Shown: in pieces, positions 1 through 10,119 of the stretch | Layout: the number at the start of each line of letters is the position of its first letter | Position numbering within the stretch: position 1 is the stretch's first letter | DNA from: Mycobacterium leprae TN | Lineage (GTDB): Bacteria > Actinomycetota > Actinomycetes > Mycobacteriales > Mycobacteriaceae | Length of the DNA: 32,000 nt | Reading direction: 5' to 3' | NCBI RefSeq assembly: GCF_000195855.1 | Contig: NC_002677.1 | Location: forward strand, 2,040,001-2,072,000 | Program-made: the position numbers and the translations under genes | Notes under the pieces: model-generated | What the model saw: only the letters and a program-made list of their open reading frames with translations | Database searches by the model: none | What the model was told of the DNA's origin: nothing

Positions 1-1175
1 TACCAAAGATTGCCTATGCAAACCCGCTGCCGAGCCGGCCCGCGGCCATCGCTTACCGCGATCTCGAACGCACAGTGCCGAGTTGGTCGACTACGCGTCC
101 TGGCGGCGACTGCTCGGGCCACTGACGGCAGACGCCGACGCAGTGATCGGATTCGTGCTCGGCGACAAGCGTTCGGTGCCCAGTTAGATCTTGCCTGACC
201 TGCGTCTGGGCTTACGAATGCTGGCGCAAAGCACCCCGACGTGGCGGTCACTGAGTGGCGAGTACACCCGATCCTTGTTCACCGGCGTTGCCGCCCATAC
301 GGTTTTGCGGATACCGTCGTTGGTATCGGCGGGCGCCGGGTTAACGCCGCCCACCCTCGCCTATGCAGTAGGCTAACCGCGCCTGGTGGTGGGCTACCCA
401 GACATCATCGACACGCTTGCCTACCTAAGCGCGCGCAGAAGCGCGTTTACGGACGACGTGGAAAGCACCGAATCACCAGGACTCCTGAGGTGCCGTCATG
501 TTTGACACGACCCCAACAATGTTGCTTCAGAAGTACGGCAACATCCTTCCACCTCGGTACGTTAAAGCATTTCGCCGTAACCGACTGGGCCAGATGTTGC
601 CAAAGTCGACTTCGTGGTTAGTTATTCCATCTCGTGGTCGGATCCGCGGCTGCGGCAAGCAGCAATTCTTCAATCTGGGCGATACCCCGCGAATAGATAG
701 CGCGCACCGAGGCAGACATCGTGGTTGGCCGCCACGCGCGGTGGCCAATGCTGCTAACCACCTCACCACACATCGCCGATCCGGGCCGCATCGCTACCAA
801 CGGCCGCCATCTTTTCTGGACTTACACCTACGTCCCGTCGAATTCCACCGCCGATCCAACCGAGACCGTGACCGGGGGTGTCGAGCAATTCACACCGAGC
901 TTCCGCGACATCGTGGTTGTGGCGCATACGGTGTACACCGCGCTAATAACCGACTATGTCGGCGACCATATTGTGACGGGAGACAATTCCCTGCGGCGTG
1001 CGATCGCTAACCTCCACACCGAGGATCAACCCTTGGCACACAACGACTCCCAAGGTGTAATCTGTGTTCGGCTGCCCCCGGCAACAACGTGCACGGCATG
1101 GCCGGTTACTAAGCCGCACACACCCTGTTACTCCGAGAATTCGGGACCACCGACGTGCCCGCGATGGCACCGTGA
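1..1175 (+). pseudogene. Decayed NAD(P)/FAD-dependent oxidoreductase (phytoene-dehydrogenase-like; Rv2997-type), 5' end outside window
   Basis: Family-like blocks occur in order but in different frames: LVDYASWRRLLGPLTADADAVIGFVLGD; DLRLGLRMLAQSTPTWRSLSGEYTRSLFTGVAAHTVLRIPSLVSAGAG; MFDTTPTMLLQKYGNILPPRYVKAFRRNRLGQ; FWTYTYVPSNSTADPTETVTGGVEQFTPSFRDIVV; and near 1110-1170 SAAPGNNVHGMAGY-like C-terminal motif. Multiple frameshifts and stops. Confidence 0.75.
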
Positions 1176-1177
1176 CA

Positions 1178-1775
1178 AGGCTCGCGGTCATCTATTATTT
1201 CGACCACCAGTCACGGCACCACGATGGCTGAGCGCGTCTCCGCTACGACCAAATCTGCGTGCACGGAAGTCCAATGCGCCACGTAGCCGAGACATGCGCC
1301 CCGGAATCGTTCGCACCCAACCCGGCCAGGACGGCTAACTACGAAGCCACCAAAGACTTGCCCCCAACCACCGGTGACGACAGTATCTGAGTCGACGCCT
1401 TGATTTTTCACTGGCCGACCTGATTCGGCTCTCCGGCATCGCAATTGTGCAACTTCCTCGACTCGCTGTACGGGCTGTGAGCCGAAGGCAAGCTGGCCGA
1501 CAAGGTGCACTCGGCCTTCACATCGTCCAATACCGTACATGACGGACAGGAAACCACCCTGGTCACACCGTACTTGACCCTGATGCATTTCAGCGACATC
1601 ATCGGTGATACTGGGTACACACCGATACGGTGAAATCTGTCGACGGCCACCCTGATAGAGGTGAGCTCAGTGTCCACCCACGACAACATCACCGAATCAA
1701 ATTATGTTATGCGACCGGCAAACACCCTCGATTACCGGGCTCGCTGGGTGGTGACTACTGGCGGTTGTGTTGAGG
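1178..1775 (+). pseudogene. Decayed WrbA-like NAD(P)H:quinone oxidoreductase / flavodoxin-fold protein
   Basis: Translation in shifting frames gives MRHVAETCAPESFAPNPA, VDALIFHWPT*FGSPASQLCNFLDSLYGL*AEGKLADKVHSAFTSSNTVHDGQETTLVTPYLTLMHFSDIIGDTGYTP, resembling the WrbA FMN-binding and FTSS/HGGQE motifs; interrupted by stops. Confidence 0.65.
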
Positions 1776-1794
1776 TTAATGTTAGCGCGGACTC

Positions 1795-1819
1795 GTTGTG
1801 GGGGTGGAGTAAAGGGTGG
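1795..1819 (+). repeat. Left terminal inverted repeat of IS30-like element: GTTGTGGGGGTGGAGTAAAGGGTGG
   Basis: Exact reverse complement present at 2650-2674. Confidence 0.85.
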
Positions 1820-2649
1820 TGGGTCAGTGTATTGGCGGGTCGGTGCGTCAGGTCGCAAAGGTCGGTATCGATGCCGTGGTGATGCGGGTATGAGAGTCGT
1901 TTCGAGGTCTTGGTCTCACGCTGGGGTTGTACAGCGATTCTGTGGTAGGGCGTTGTCTTGTGGTTGATCATGGCCGCAGTGATCACATCAGTGCTGTGGT
2001 CCTTGGATAGGTGTAGCAGCTGCACGAATCCGCTACTTGTGTTCGGCCAGGGCGCCGATTTGGGGGTCTAATTTTTGCCGATGATTACATCATCCGCCCA
2101 ATGCTATGAGGTTAGAGCACCACACGGTCGTGTAGTTTTCGCGGGACGTGCACTGGTGGTGGCCATACCTAGAGAATAATGGTGGTGCCCGGTTTTAGCG
2201 TGCTGTGCCCTCAGCGTGCGGAACATCCACCCAGTGCGCACATGTTGGTTGAGCTTGGACTCGATGTTGAAGTGTTTTATAGGACACCTGCATCTTTCGG
2301 GCCGGTCGGGATAGGTTTTGGGCCAACACCCCCACAATTTGTTCGGGACTGTACTTCTTGGCCAGCACACATGTCTATCTCCGTACGCAGCTGCCCACAA
2401 CGCTCACCTTGCCGGCCTTTAAAGCCACTGGCCCACTGCTCACTGCATAGCTAAGCAATACAAGCTCAGTAACCCGATTGAGCGTCTTAGCCAGCATAGT
2501 TGGTGTCGAATCAGTGCAACCCCCAAAGCAACCCGCAAACACGCGGGCCCCACCCTTGCTGGTGATCTCACGCACGATCCCCACCCCCACCCAACCCAAA
2601 CGAACGGTTAACGATCGATCACATCAACTCACAACACTGCAACACACCG

Positions 2650-2674
2650 CCACCCTTTACTCCACCCCCACAAC
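2650..2674 (-). repeat. Right terminal inverted repeat: CCACCCTTTACTCCACCCCCACAAC on plus strand
   Basis: Exact reverse complement of 1795-1819. Confidence 0.85.
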
Positions 2675-2719
2675 AGAACATGCACACAAAGTACAATTCA
2701 ACCCCGAGAGAGCGCTACG

Positions 2720-3769
<1,050 letters not shown>

Positions 3770-3773
3770 TTAG

Positions 3774-4283
3774 CTACCTGACTGTGCCGATACCGCGCGG
3801 ACCGCGAGATAACGAGACCACTCCCGATTGGACGATTTCTCGTACGCCGAAAGGCTCCAGCACACGCAGCAACGCCTCAATTTTGCTGCAGTCACCAGTG
3901 GCCTCGACAGTCAGTGACTCGAGCGATACATCAATAACCCTGGCGCGGAACAAGTGTACCGCTTCGATTACCTGGCTGCGGGTACCAGCTTCGGCCCGCA
4001 CCTTGATCAACGCCAGCTCGCGGGACAGCGAGTTGTCAGCCTCTTGCTCAACAACCTTGATGACGTTAATCAACTTGTGCAGCTGCTTGGTGACCTGCTC
4101 GAGCGGGGTCTCCTCGGCAGAGACAACGATGGTCATTCGCGACATAGTCTTGCACTCAGTAGCACCGACAGCCAACGACTCAATATTGAAACCGCGCCGA
4201 GAGAACAGTGCCGCCACCCGCGCGAGCACGCCGGGAGTGTCCTCGACCAGAACCGACAAGGTGTGCGTTGGCAACCCTACCAT
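3774..4283 (-). CDS. ilvN: Acetolactate synthase small subunit
   Basis: HTLSVLVEDTPGVLARVAALFSRRGFNIESLAVGATE ACT-domain regulatory subunit, 169 aa, directly downstream of ilvB. Confidence 0.95.
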   Translation of the reverse strand: MVGLPTHTLSVLVEDTPGVLARVAALFSRRGFNIESLAVGATECKTMSRMTIVVSAEETPLEQVTKQLHKLINVIKVVEQEADNSLSRELALIKVRAEAGTRSQVIEAVHLFRARVIDVSLESLTVEATGDCSKIEALLRVLEPFGVREIVQSGVVSLSRGPRGIGTVR

Positions 4284-4334
4284 TATGCGCCATTCCTCCT
4301 CATCGCTAGGCTCTGCATCGTCGCCGACGCACAG

Positions 4335-6212
4335 TCAAACATGCCCTTCGCTTTCGTCATCAAAGAGCGGGCGGATACCGCGGGCAGCTTGGATCTCGTC
4401 GTTGCTGGCCCCAGCGGCGACCATCGGCCACACCTGCGCATCGGCGCCGACGATGAAGTCGATCACCACAGGGCGGTTGTTGATCGCCCTGGCCTGATTG
4501 ATCACATCGACAACGTCCTCTTCACACTCGCAACGCAATCCGACGCAACCCAACGCCTCGGCCAACTTCACGAAGTCCGGAATGCGGTGTGAGTGGGTGG
4601 CCAGGTCGGTCTGCGAGTAACGCTCCTGATAAAACAAGGCTTGCCATTGCCGCACCATGCCCAGGTTGCCGTTGTTGATCAACGCCACCTTGATCGGCGC
4701 GCCCTCGATAGCGCACGTAGCCAACTCCTGGTTGGTCATCTGGAAGCAGCCATCGCCGTCGATCGCCCAGACTTCTGCCTCCGGGCGAGCAATCTTGGCG
4801 CCCATGGCCGCCGGAATAGCAAACCCCATGGTGCCCAGACCGCCTGAGTTGAGCCAAGTACGCGGCTTCTCGTAGGAGATGAACTGCGCCGCCCACATCT
4901 GATGCTGACCTACACCCGCGACATATACGGCCTCCGGGCCAACAATTTCACCAAGCTTTTCGATAACGTACTCCGGGCTCAGAGTGCCGTCGCTTTGTGG
5001 ACTGTAGCTCAACGGATACGTCTTGCGAACACCGTCCAAATATGACCACCAGTCGGTCATTTCGATGTTGCCGGGGACCTCGTAATGGCGCAGCATCGCG
5101 ATGAGCTCTACAATAACAGCTTTGACGTCGCCCACAATCGGCACGTCAGCGTGCCGGTTCTTGCCGATCTCCGCCGGGTCGATGTCGGCATGTATAACCT
5201 TGGCGTCGGGCGCGAAGGAGTCGAGCTTGCCAGTCACCCGGTCGTCAAAGCGAGTGCCCAGTGCGATCAGTAAATCGCTGCGCTGCAGCGCTGCCACCGC
5301 CGCAACGGTGCCGTGCATGCCGGGCATGCCCAAGTTCTGGTGATGGCTGTCGGGGAACGCGCCACGTGCCATCAACGTGCTAACCACCGGGATGCCGGTC
5401 AGTTCGGCCAAATCCCGTAGCTGCTCGGTCGCTTCGCCGCGGATAACGCCCCCGCCGACATACAGCACAGGCTTGCGGGCGTCAGCGATCAGCTTGGCTG
5501 CCGCACGGATCTGCCGGTTGTGCGGTTTGGTGTTCGGCTTGTACCCGGGCAAGTCCATTTTCGGTGGCCAGCTGAACTTGCACTGGCCCTGCAGCACATC
5601 CTTCGGGATATCGACGAGCACCGCACCCGGCCGTCCCGACGACGCGATGTGGAAGGCCTCAGCCAGTACCCGGGGAATATCGTCGCCGGCACGAACCAGA
5701 AAGTTATGCTTGGTTATCGGCATTGTGATGCCGGAGATGTCGGCCTCTTGGAAGGCATCCGTCCCGATCAGACTGCGCCCGACCTGCCCAGTAATGGCGA
5801 CCACCGGCACTGAGTCCATCTGCGCATCGGCCAACGGTGTCACCAGATTGGTGGCTCCAGGACCAGAAGTCGCCATGCACACCCCCACCTTGCCGGTCAC
5901 GTGTGCGTAGCCGCTGGCCGCGTGGCCGGCGCCCTGCTCGTGGCGGACCAGGACATGACGTAACTTTTTTGAGTAGAACAGCGGGTCATATACCAGAAGG
6001 ACGGCACCGCCGGGAATTCCGAAGATGACCTCGACATCGAGTTCTTCCAACGACCGAATCACCGATTGAGCACCGGTAAGTTGCTCAGGTGAAACGCGTT
6101 CTAGTTTTGCGACAGCTGGCTTTGAGGGAAATTGCGTGGCGGGTTTCACGGTGTTTGGCACGCTGTTACCCGCCCCCTGCGGGCGGGCGTGTGGCTTGGT
6201 CGGTGCGCTCAC
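4335..6212 (-). CDS. ilvB: Acetolactate synthase large subunit
   Basis: 625 aa with ThDP enzyme motifs: [73 protein letters not shown]. Confidence 0.96.
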   Translation of the reverse strand: MSAPTKPHARPQGAGNSVPNTVKPATQFPSKPAVAKLERVSPEQLTGAQSVIRSLEELDVEVIFGIPGGAVLLVYDPLFYSKKLRHVLVRHEQGAGHAASGYAHVTGKVGVCMATSGPGATNLVTPLADAQMDSVPVVAITGQVGRSLIGTDAFQEADISGITMPITKHNFLVRAGDDIPRVLAEAFHIASSGRPGAVLVDIPKDVLQGQCKFSWPPKMDLPGYKPNTKPHNRQIRAAAKLIADARKPVLYVGGGVIRGEATEQLRDLAELTGIPVVSTLMARGAFPDSHHQNLGMPGMHGTVAAVAALQRSDLLIALGTRFDDRVTGKLDSFAPDAKVIHADIDPAEIGKNRHADVPIVGDVKAVIVELIAMLRHYEVPGNIEMTDWWSYLDGVRKTYPLSYSPQSDGTLSPEYVIEKLGEIVGPEAVYVAGVGQHQMWAAQFISYEKPRTWLNSGGLGTMGFAIPAAMGAKIARPEAEVWAIDGDGCFQMTNQELATCAIEGAPIKVALINNGNLGMVRQWQALFYQERYSQTDLATHSHRIPDFVKLAEALGCVGLRCECEEDVVDVINQARAINNRPVVIDFIVGADAQVWPMVAAGASNDEIQAARGIRPLFDDESEGHV

Positions 6213-6262
6213 TGTGTGTCCTCTTTAGTCCTTATTCGCTTCGACAGTCACGTTGACGGGCA

Positions 6263-6302
6263 ACAAAAAACCCTCGACAGCTGAGCTAGCTGCACGAGGG
6301 TT
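6263..6302 (-). terminator. Rho-independent terminator/attenuator in the ilvB leader
   Basis: Minus strand AACCCTCG-TG-CAGCT-AGCTC-AGCTG-T-CGAGGGTTTTTTG: 8-bp outer stem, 5-bp inner stem and run of U, located 51 nt or more upstream of ilvB. Confidence 0.8.
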
Positions 6303-6342
6303 GCGCGTTGGCTTTGGATCGCTTCAAATACTGAAGTGCTAC

Positions 6343-6378
6343 TCAACCACCAACGCGCTGACAAATTACTACCAACAT
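6343..6378 (-). CDS. Putative ilvB leader peptide MLVVICQRVGG*
   Basis: ATG TTG GTA GTA ATT TGT CAG CGC GTT GGT GGT TGA; Leu-Val-Val-Ile run immediately upstream of a terminator hairpin. Confidence 0.65.
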   Translation of the reverse strand: MLVVICQRVGG

Positions 6379-6578
6379 TCCGGGCTGGCCGGCGTTATCC
6401 ATAACACCCGACGGTAGCCTTCGCAGAGCTCAACCGTCAAATCCGACACCGCCCAAGCAGCACCTCGGCCTGCGTGACAAGTGAAATTATGCTCGGGTGG
6501 CTACTCTGGTTCGTCTGGTTTTCTAGTTCGTCTGGCCAAACACCCGCTGGCTCTCGAATGGTAATCAAGGTGTCACCG

Positions 6579-6947
6579 GTGGCACACAGTGCCGTTGGAT
6601 TCCCACCCCTCGGGCTGCTGGTGCCGGCAGCTGGCCTGGCCTGCCGGCCGTCCCACTACTTGCATTGTCATCCCGGCGGTATTGTCGGCGTTATTCTTCC
6701 GGCTCCGTATGGTCGCCGAAGACCAGGGCATATGTAGTACACGTCCCGTTGAGCAGCCAGGTAGTGCGCCGGGGTAACATCGACGGACTGCGTTTCAACC
6801 GAGGTTCCTGGGAACACACCCGGCTCAAAAGTGGTGCGTAACTGCAGATTGCCCGCAGTCACTTTCGCCACCCTGCCGCTGTTGACCGAAGCCCACTCAG
6901 GACGGACAAGTCCCCAACCCGTACCGACCCGACCCCGTACCGGATGA
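6579..6947 (+). pseudogene. Decayed cfp6-like (Rv3004-type) small membrane/secreted protein with PH-like domain
   Basis: Across frames: VAHSAVGFPPLGLLVPAAG / WPAGRPTTCIVIPAVLSALFFRLRMVAEDQG / VVRRGNIDGLRFNRGSWEHTRLKSGA* / NCRLPAVTFATLPLLTEAHSGR...; at least three frame changes. Confidence 0.8.
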
Positions 6948-6983
6948 GCGCAAAAGGTACCTGTCACCGAGTGTAAGGCCGTT

Positions 6984-7880
6984 TCAGGCTAGGGGATTCA
7001 CGCCGTTGAGCAGCACCCACACCGCGATGCCGGCGGCGATGCCGGCAATTAGCACTATGAAGGACCCAATGAACGGTCGATAGGCCCAGCGCCGACCGGC
7101 ATCGAGGCCGTACCGACCCGGACCACACAGGATGACAGTAACATCCATTACGATCAGGGTGATCTGATGTTCATTCCCGTCCGGTAAAAAGAATGAGAAT
7201 AGGGGCGAATGCGGCCATGCCGCGAGCAGACCATTGATCAGGAACGCCAGCGCGCCCGCAGCGACCACCGGCGCAAATAATCCCAGGACCAGAAGCACGC
7301 CGGCAACAGCCTCTCCGCCAGCGCTCACATAAGCCAGGATGTCGGCGTGCTGGTAGCCAACCTGGGTCAGCGAATTCTTGAATCCGGTCAACCCCTGGCC
7401 ACCCCACCAACCGAACAGCTTATGCAGCCCTTGGGCGGCCAACACTACGCCCAGCCCGACCCGGAGTACCAGCAAACCGAGATGCTGGGTACCGCGCCGA
7501 CCGACGGTGTGTAATCGCTCGTTGTCCTGGTCTGAATCGATCTCAGTAGGCTCAGCCACTGCATGCCGAGCCTGCGGCTGGACGTAAGGTAACGGCTCCT
7601 GCTGGTCGAGTAGGTTGTATCCCGTACCACCGGGACCCTTCAAGTGATCAGGGTCACTGTACGGGATGACGGTGGTAGTTCCGAAATCGCCTGGGTAGCC
7701 GACTGGCGTCAGGTCATCTTCGGGATCGACCAGGCTTGCTGAGGCAGGGCGTCCCGGGATTGGCTCCGGGCATTCGCCCGGCCGCCGCCAATGTTCGTCA
7801 TGCGATTGACCGGTCACTCCTGCTAGAGTAAAGGCATTTGGGTCTGAATTGGGGATTTGAGCAACACTTTCGTCCAACAA
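6984..7880 (-). CDS. DoxX-family membrane protein (Rv3005c-type)
   Basis: LGLLVLRVGLGVVLAAQGLHKLFGWWGGQGLTGF and four hydrophobic segments at the C-terminus; long hydrophilic N-terminus. Confidence 0.85.
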   Translation of the reverse strand: MLDESVAQIPNSDPNAFTLAGVTGQSHDEHWRRPGECPEPIPGRPASASLVDPEDDLTPVGYPGDFGTTTVIPYSDPDHLKGPGGTGYNLLDQQEPLPYVQPQARHAVAEPTEIDSDQDNERLHTVGRRGTQHLGLLVLRVGLGVVLAAQGLHKLFGWWGGQGLTGFKNSLTQVGYQHADILAYVSAGGEAVAGVLLVLGLFAPVVAAGALAFLINGLLAAWPHSPLFSFFLPDGNEHQITLIVMDVTVILCGPGRYGLDAGRRWAYRPFIGSFIVLIAGIAAGIAVWVLLNGVNPLA

Positions 7881-8059
7881 TCAACACTTAAACCTGTATA
7901 ATTAAATGCAGATCGGACTCAAAATGGCCCGAAAATGGTGACGCATGCCTCTACGATACGACTAATCACCTGCACAAGTAGGGTTAGAGCGTCAACTTAC
8001 GGGGAAAACGAAAGCACGCATGTGGCAGCAACACCGGCGATGTCCGTAGCCTTTCGGTC

Positions 8060-9178
8060 ATGCGGATAGGGCGGTCAGTTCGGTCTGGTTTCACTGCGTT
8101 GTGTGCGGCGCTGCTGATACTGAGCAGCTGCGCACGGTTCAACAACACCCAGTCACAGCCCTTCACGACCAAGCCAGAACTCCGGCCACAGCCCAGCTCG
8201 ATACCACCCCCTCCGCCATTGCCATTGACACCGTTCCCCAAACAGTGCCCAGCCCCCGGGGTGATGCAAGGCTGTCTGGAGAGCACTAGCGGCCTGATTA
8301 TGGGCATCGACAACAAAACCGCACTGGTAGCTGAACGCACCACCGGCGCAGTCAAGGAGATCTCGGTCAGCGCCGAACCTAAGGTAAAGACGGTCGTCTC
8401 GGTCGACTCGTCCGGTGATGGTGGCTTGATGGATATCGTGCTGTCGCCCACTTACCAGCAAGACCGCCTGATGTACGCTTATATTAGTACGCCCACCGAC
8501 AACCGAGTGATCCGAGTGGCTGACGGCGACATCCCGAAGAACATCCTGACCGGCATCCCCAAAGGGGCTGTCGGCAACACCGGAGCGTTGATCTTCACTA
8601 GCCCCACCACCCTGGTTGTGCTCACTGGCGATGTGGACAACCCGGCAATGGCCGCCGATCCCAAATCGTTGGCCGGCAAGCTACTGCGCATCGAGCAGCC
8701 GACCACCATCGGCCAGGCGCCGCCGACAACGGCGCTATCCAGCATCGGCTCAGGCGGCGGCTTGTGTACCGACCCCGTCGACGACTCGCTGTATGTCACC
8801 GACCGCACCCCCACCGCAGACCGATTGCAGCGCATCACCAAGAACTCAAAAGTCTCGACAGTATGGACCTGGCCCGACAAGCCCGGCGTGGCCGGCTGTG
8901 CGGCCATGGACGGGACCGTGCTGGTCAATCTGATTAGCCCCAAGCTGACGGTGGCCGTCCGGCTAGCACCATCGACGGGTGCAGTCACCGGTGAACCCGA
9001 CGTTGTCCGTAAGGACACCCACGTGCACGCGTGGGCATTGCGAATGTCTCCAGACGGGAATGTCTGGGGAGCAACCATCAACAAGACTGCCGGTGACGCC
9101 GAAAAGCTCGACGACGTGGTGTTCCCACTGTTCCCCCGGGGTGGCGGCTTTCCGCGCAACAACGACGACAAAACCTAG
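8060..9178 (+). CDS. lppZ: LppZ-like lipoprotein, sorbosone/glucose dehydrogenase-type beta-propeller
   Basis: Signal peptide with lipobox LILSSC, then TGAVKEISVSAEPKVKTVVSVDSSGDGGLMDIVLSPTYQQDRLMYAYISTPTDNRVIRVADG; synteny. Confidence 0.85.
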   Translation: MRIGRSVRSGFTALCAALLILSSCARFNNTQSQPFTTKPELRPQPSSIPPPPPLPLTPFPKQCPAPGVMQGCLESTSGLIMGIDNKTALVAERTTGAVKEISVSAEPKVKTVVSVDSSGDGGLMDIVLSPTYQQDRLMYAYISTPTDNRVIRVADGDIPKNILTGIPKGAVGNTGALIFTSPTTLVVLTGDVDNPAMAADPKSLAGKLLRIEQPTTIGQAPPTTALSSIGSGGGLCTDPVDDSLYVTDRTPTADRLQRITKNSKVSTVWTWPDKPGVAGCAAMDGTVLVNLISPKLTVAVRLAPSTGAVTGEPDVVRKDTHVHAWALRMSPDGNVWGATINKTAGDAEKLDDVVFPLFPRGGGFPRNNDDKT

Positions 9179-9212
9179 CCTAGCGACAAGACAAAACCTA
9201 GCCTAGCGACAA
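9167..9212 (+). repeat. Perfect 23-bp tandem duplication (GACAAAACCTAGCCTAGCGACAA x2) spanning the lppZ stop codon
   Basis: Copies at 9167-9189 and 9190-9212 are identical. Confidence 0.95.
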
Positions 9213-9366
9213 TGCGGACCGAGCAGCCCGCGGAGAAGATCAGCAAATCAAGACGGAGCCGGGCAAAAATCCATCGTCGCGTGTGACTCTCACGACACCC
9301 TAACGGTGTGTAGCATAGCGCGATACACACCTGAAGAGCCGGTTTGACTGCCGAAGAGTTCGGTGA

Positions 9367-9990
9367 TCAGTCGGCAAGTTTGCAGGGCACCACGAACACA
9401 TCGACCAATGCACCATTGCGCCACACCGTCATCTCGATCCGACACGCGATAGCATCCTCAACCATTAGTCGCTGGATCGCGGTTGCAGTGGCCACGTGTT
9501 AGCCGTCAACGCTGACCACAATGTCACCGCGGCGCAGGGGCAGTTGTGACGGTCGGGCTGCCAGGTACCACGCTGGCCGACTTGTAGACTATGCGTGGGT
9601 GCCCAAGCTTATTGGCAACCGCAGGCAGCACCGGGACATGTGAACCGGCGATGCCCAACCAGGCACGCAGCACGAGGCCGGCACGTATCAGCGGAACATG
9701 ATCTTGTGGGTCAACTCGTTAACGGGCACAGCCAGCTCGACACAGGCGATTGGCGTGCTCATGCTAACCATCCAACCCTAGCCGTCAGCCAAGACATCAG
9801 CCACTATTTCCGGGCTCAGCGCAGCGTCAGTTTAGATGACCTGGCCGACGACGAGGCCACCACCAGTGGGTAGCAGCGACCGTCCCAGCCCGGAGAAGAC
9901 GATGACGCTGGCGGCTGCCACCGCCGTTACCGCGGCTGCGCATCGCCATGCTGACCAACACTCAGCAACACCGTCTCTGCCACAGCGGTG
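9367..9990 (-). pseudogene. Decayed trypsin-like/HtrA-type serine protease with PDZ domain
   Basis: Minus-strand reading LRAWLGIAGSHVPVLPAVANKLG, YLAARPSQLPLRRGDIVVSVDG*HVATATAIQRLMVEDAIACRIEMTVWRNGALVDVFVVPCKLAD*; upstream WAVPVNELTHKI. PDZ-like GDIVVSVDG motif; internal stops. Upstream boundary uncertain. Confidence 0.6.
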
Positions 9991-10014
9991 ACCACGCTGC
10001 TGGAGTACGCGTAC

Positions 10015-10048
10015 AAAGTATATAAAGTAAAGTATATTTAAAGTATAG
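10015..10048. repeat. AT-rich degenerate AAAGTA(TAT) short repeats
   Basis: aaagtatataaagtaaagtatatttaaagtatag within otherwise GC-rich DNA. Confidence 0.8.
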
Positions 10049-10119
10049 AAGACGTCATGCTAATCGTTACACAATCGCCTCAGCTTCACAACAGCTTCTG
10101 GTCTACTTAAACTGTTCAG

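Larger units (their letters stand above)
1795..2674 (-). mobile_element. Degenerate IS30-family-like insertion sequence remnant, transposase on minus strand
   Basis: Perfect 25-bp inverted repeats at both ends. Minus strand between them gives, in broken frames, VREITSKGGARVFAG, KKYSPEQIVGVLAQNLSRPARKMQVSYKTLQ, NQHVRTGWMFRTLRAQ, HWADDVIIGKN*, GFVQLLHLSKDHSTDVITAAMI, HGIDTDLCDLTHRPA, matching IS30 transposase motifs (STVSREI, WSPEQI.G.L, VSHETIY, GHWEGDLIIGK, R.V.LLHL..DH, TGI...FCDPHSPW) in the right order. Confidence 0.75.

Noticed and set aside
7897-7902. TATAAT hexamer in the DoxX-lppZ divergent intergenic region
   Set aside because: A perfect -10-like hexamer on the plus strand, but about 160 nt from lppZ and without a clear -35; not enough to call a promoter.
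8479-9171. Minus-strand ORF of 230 aa opposite lppZ
   Set aside because: Antisense shadow of lppZ; the plus strand has signal peptide, lipobox and propeller motifs.
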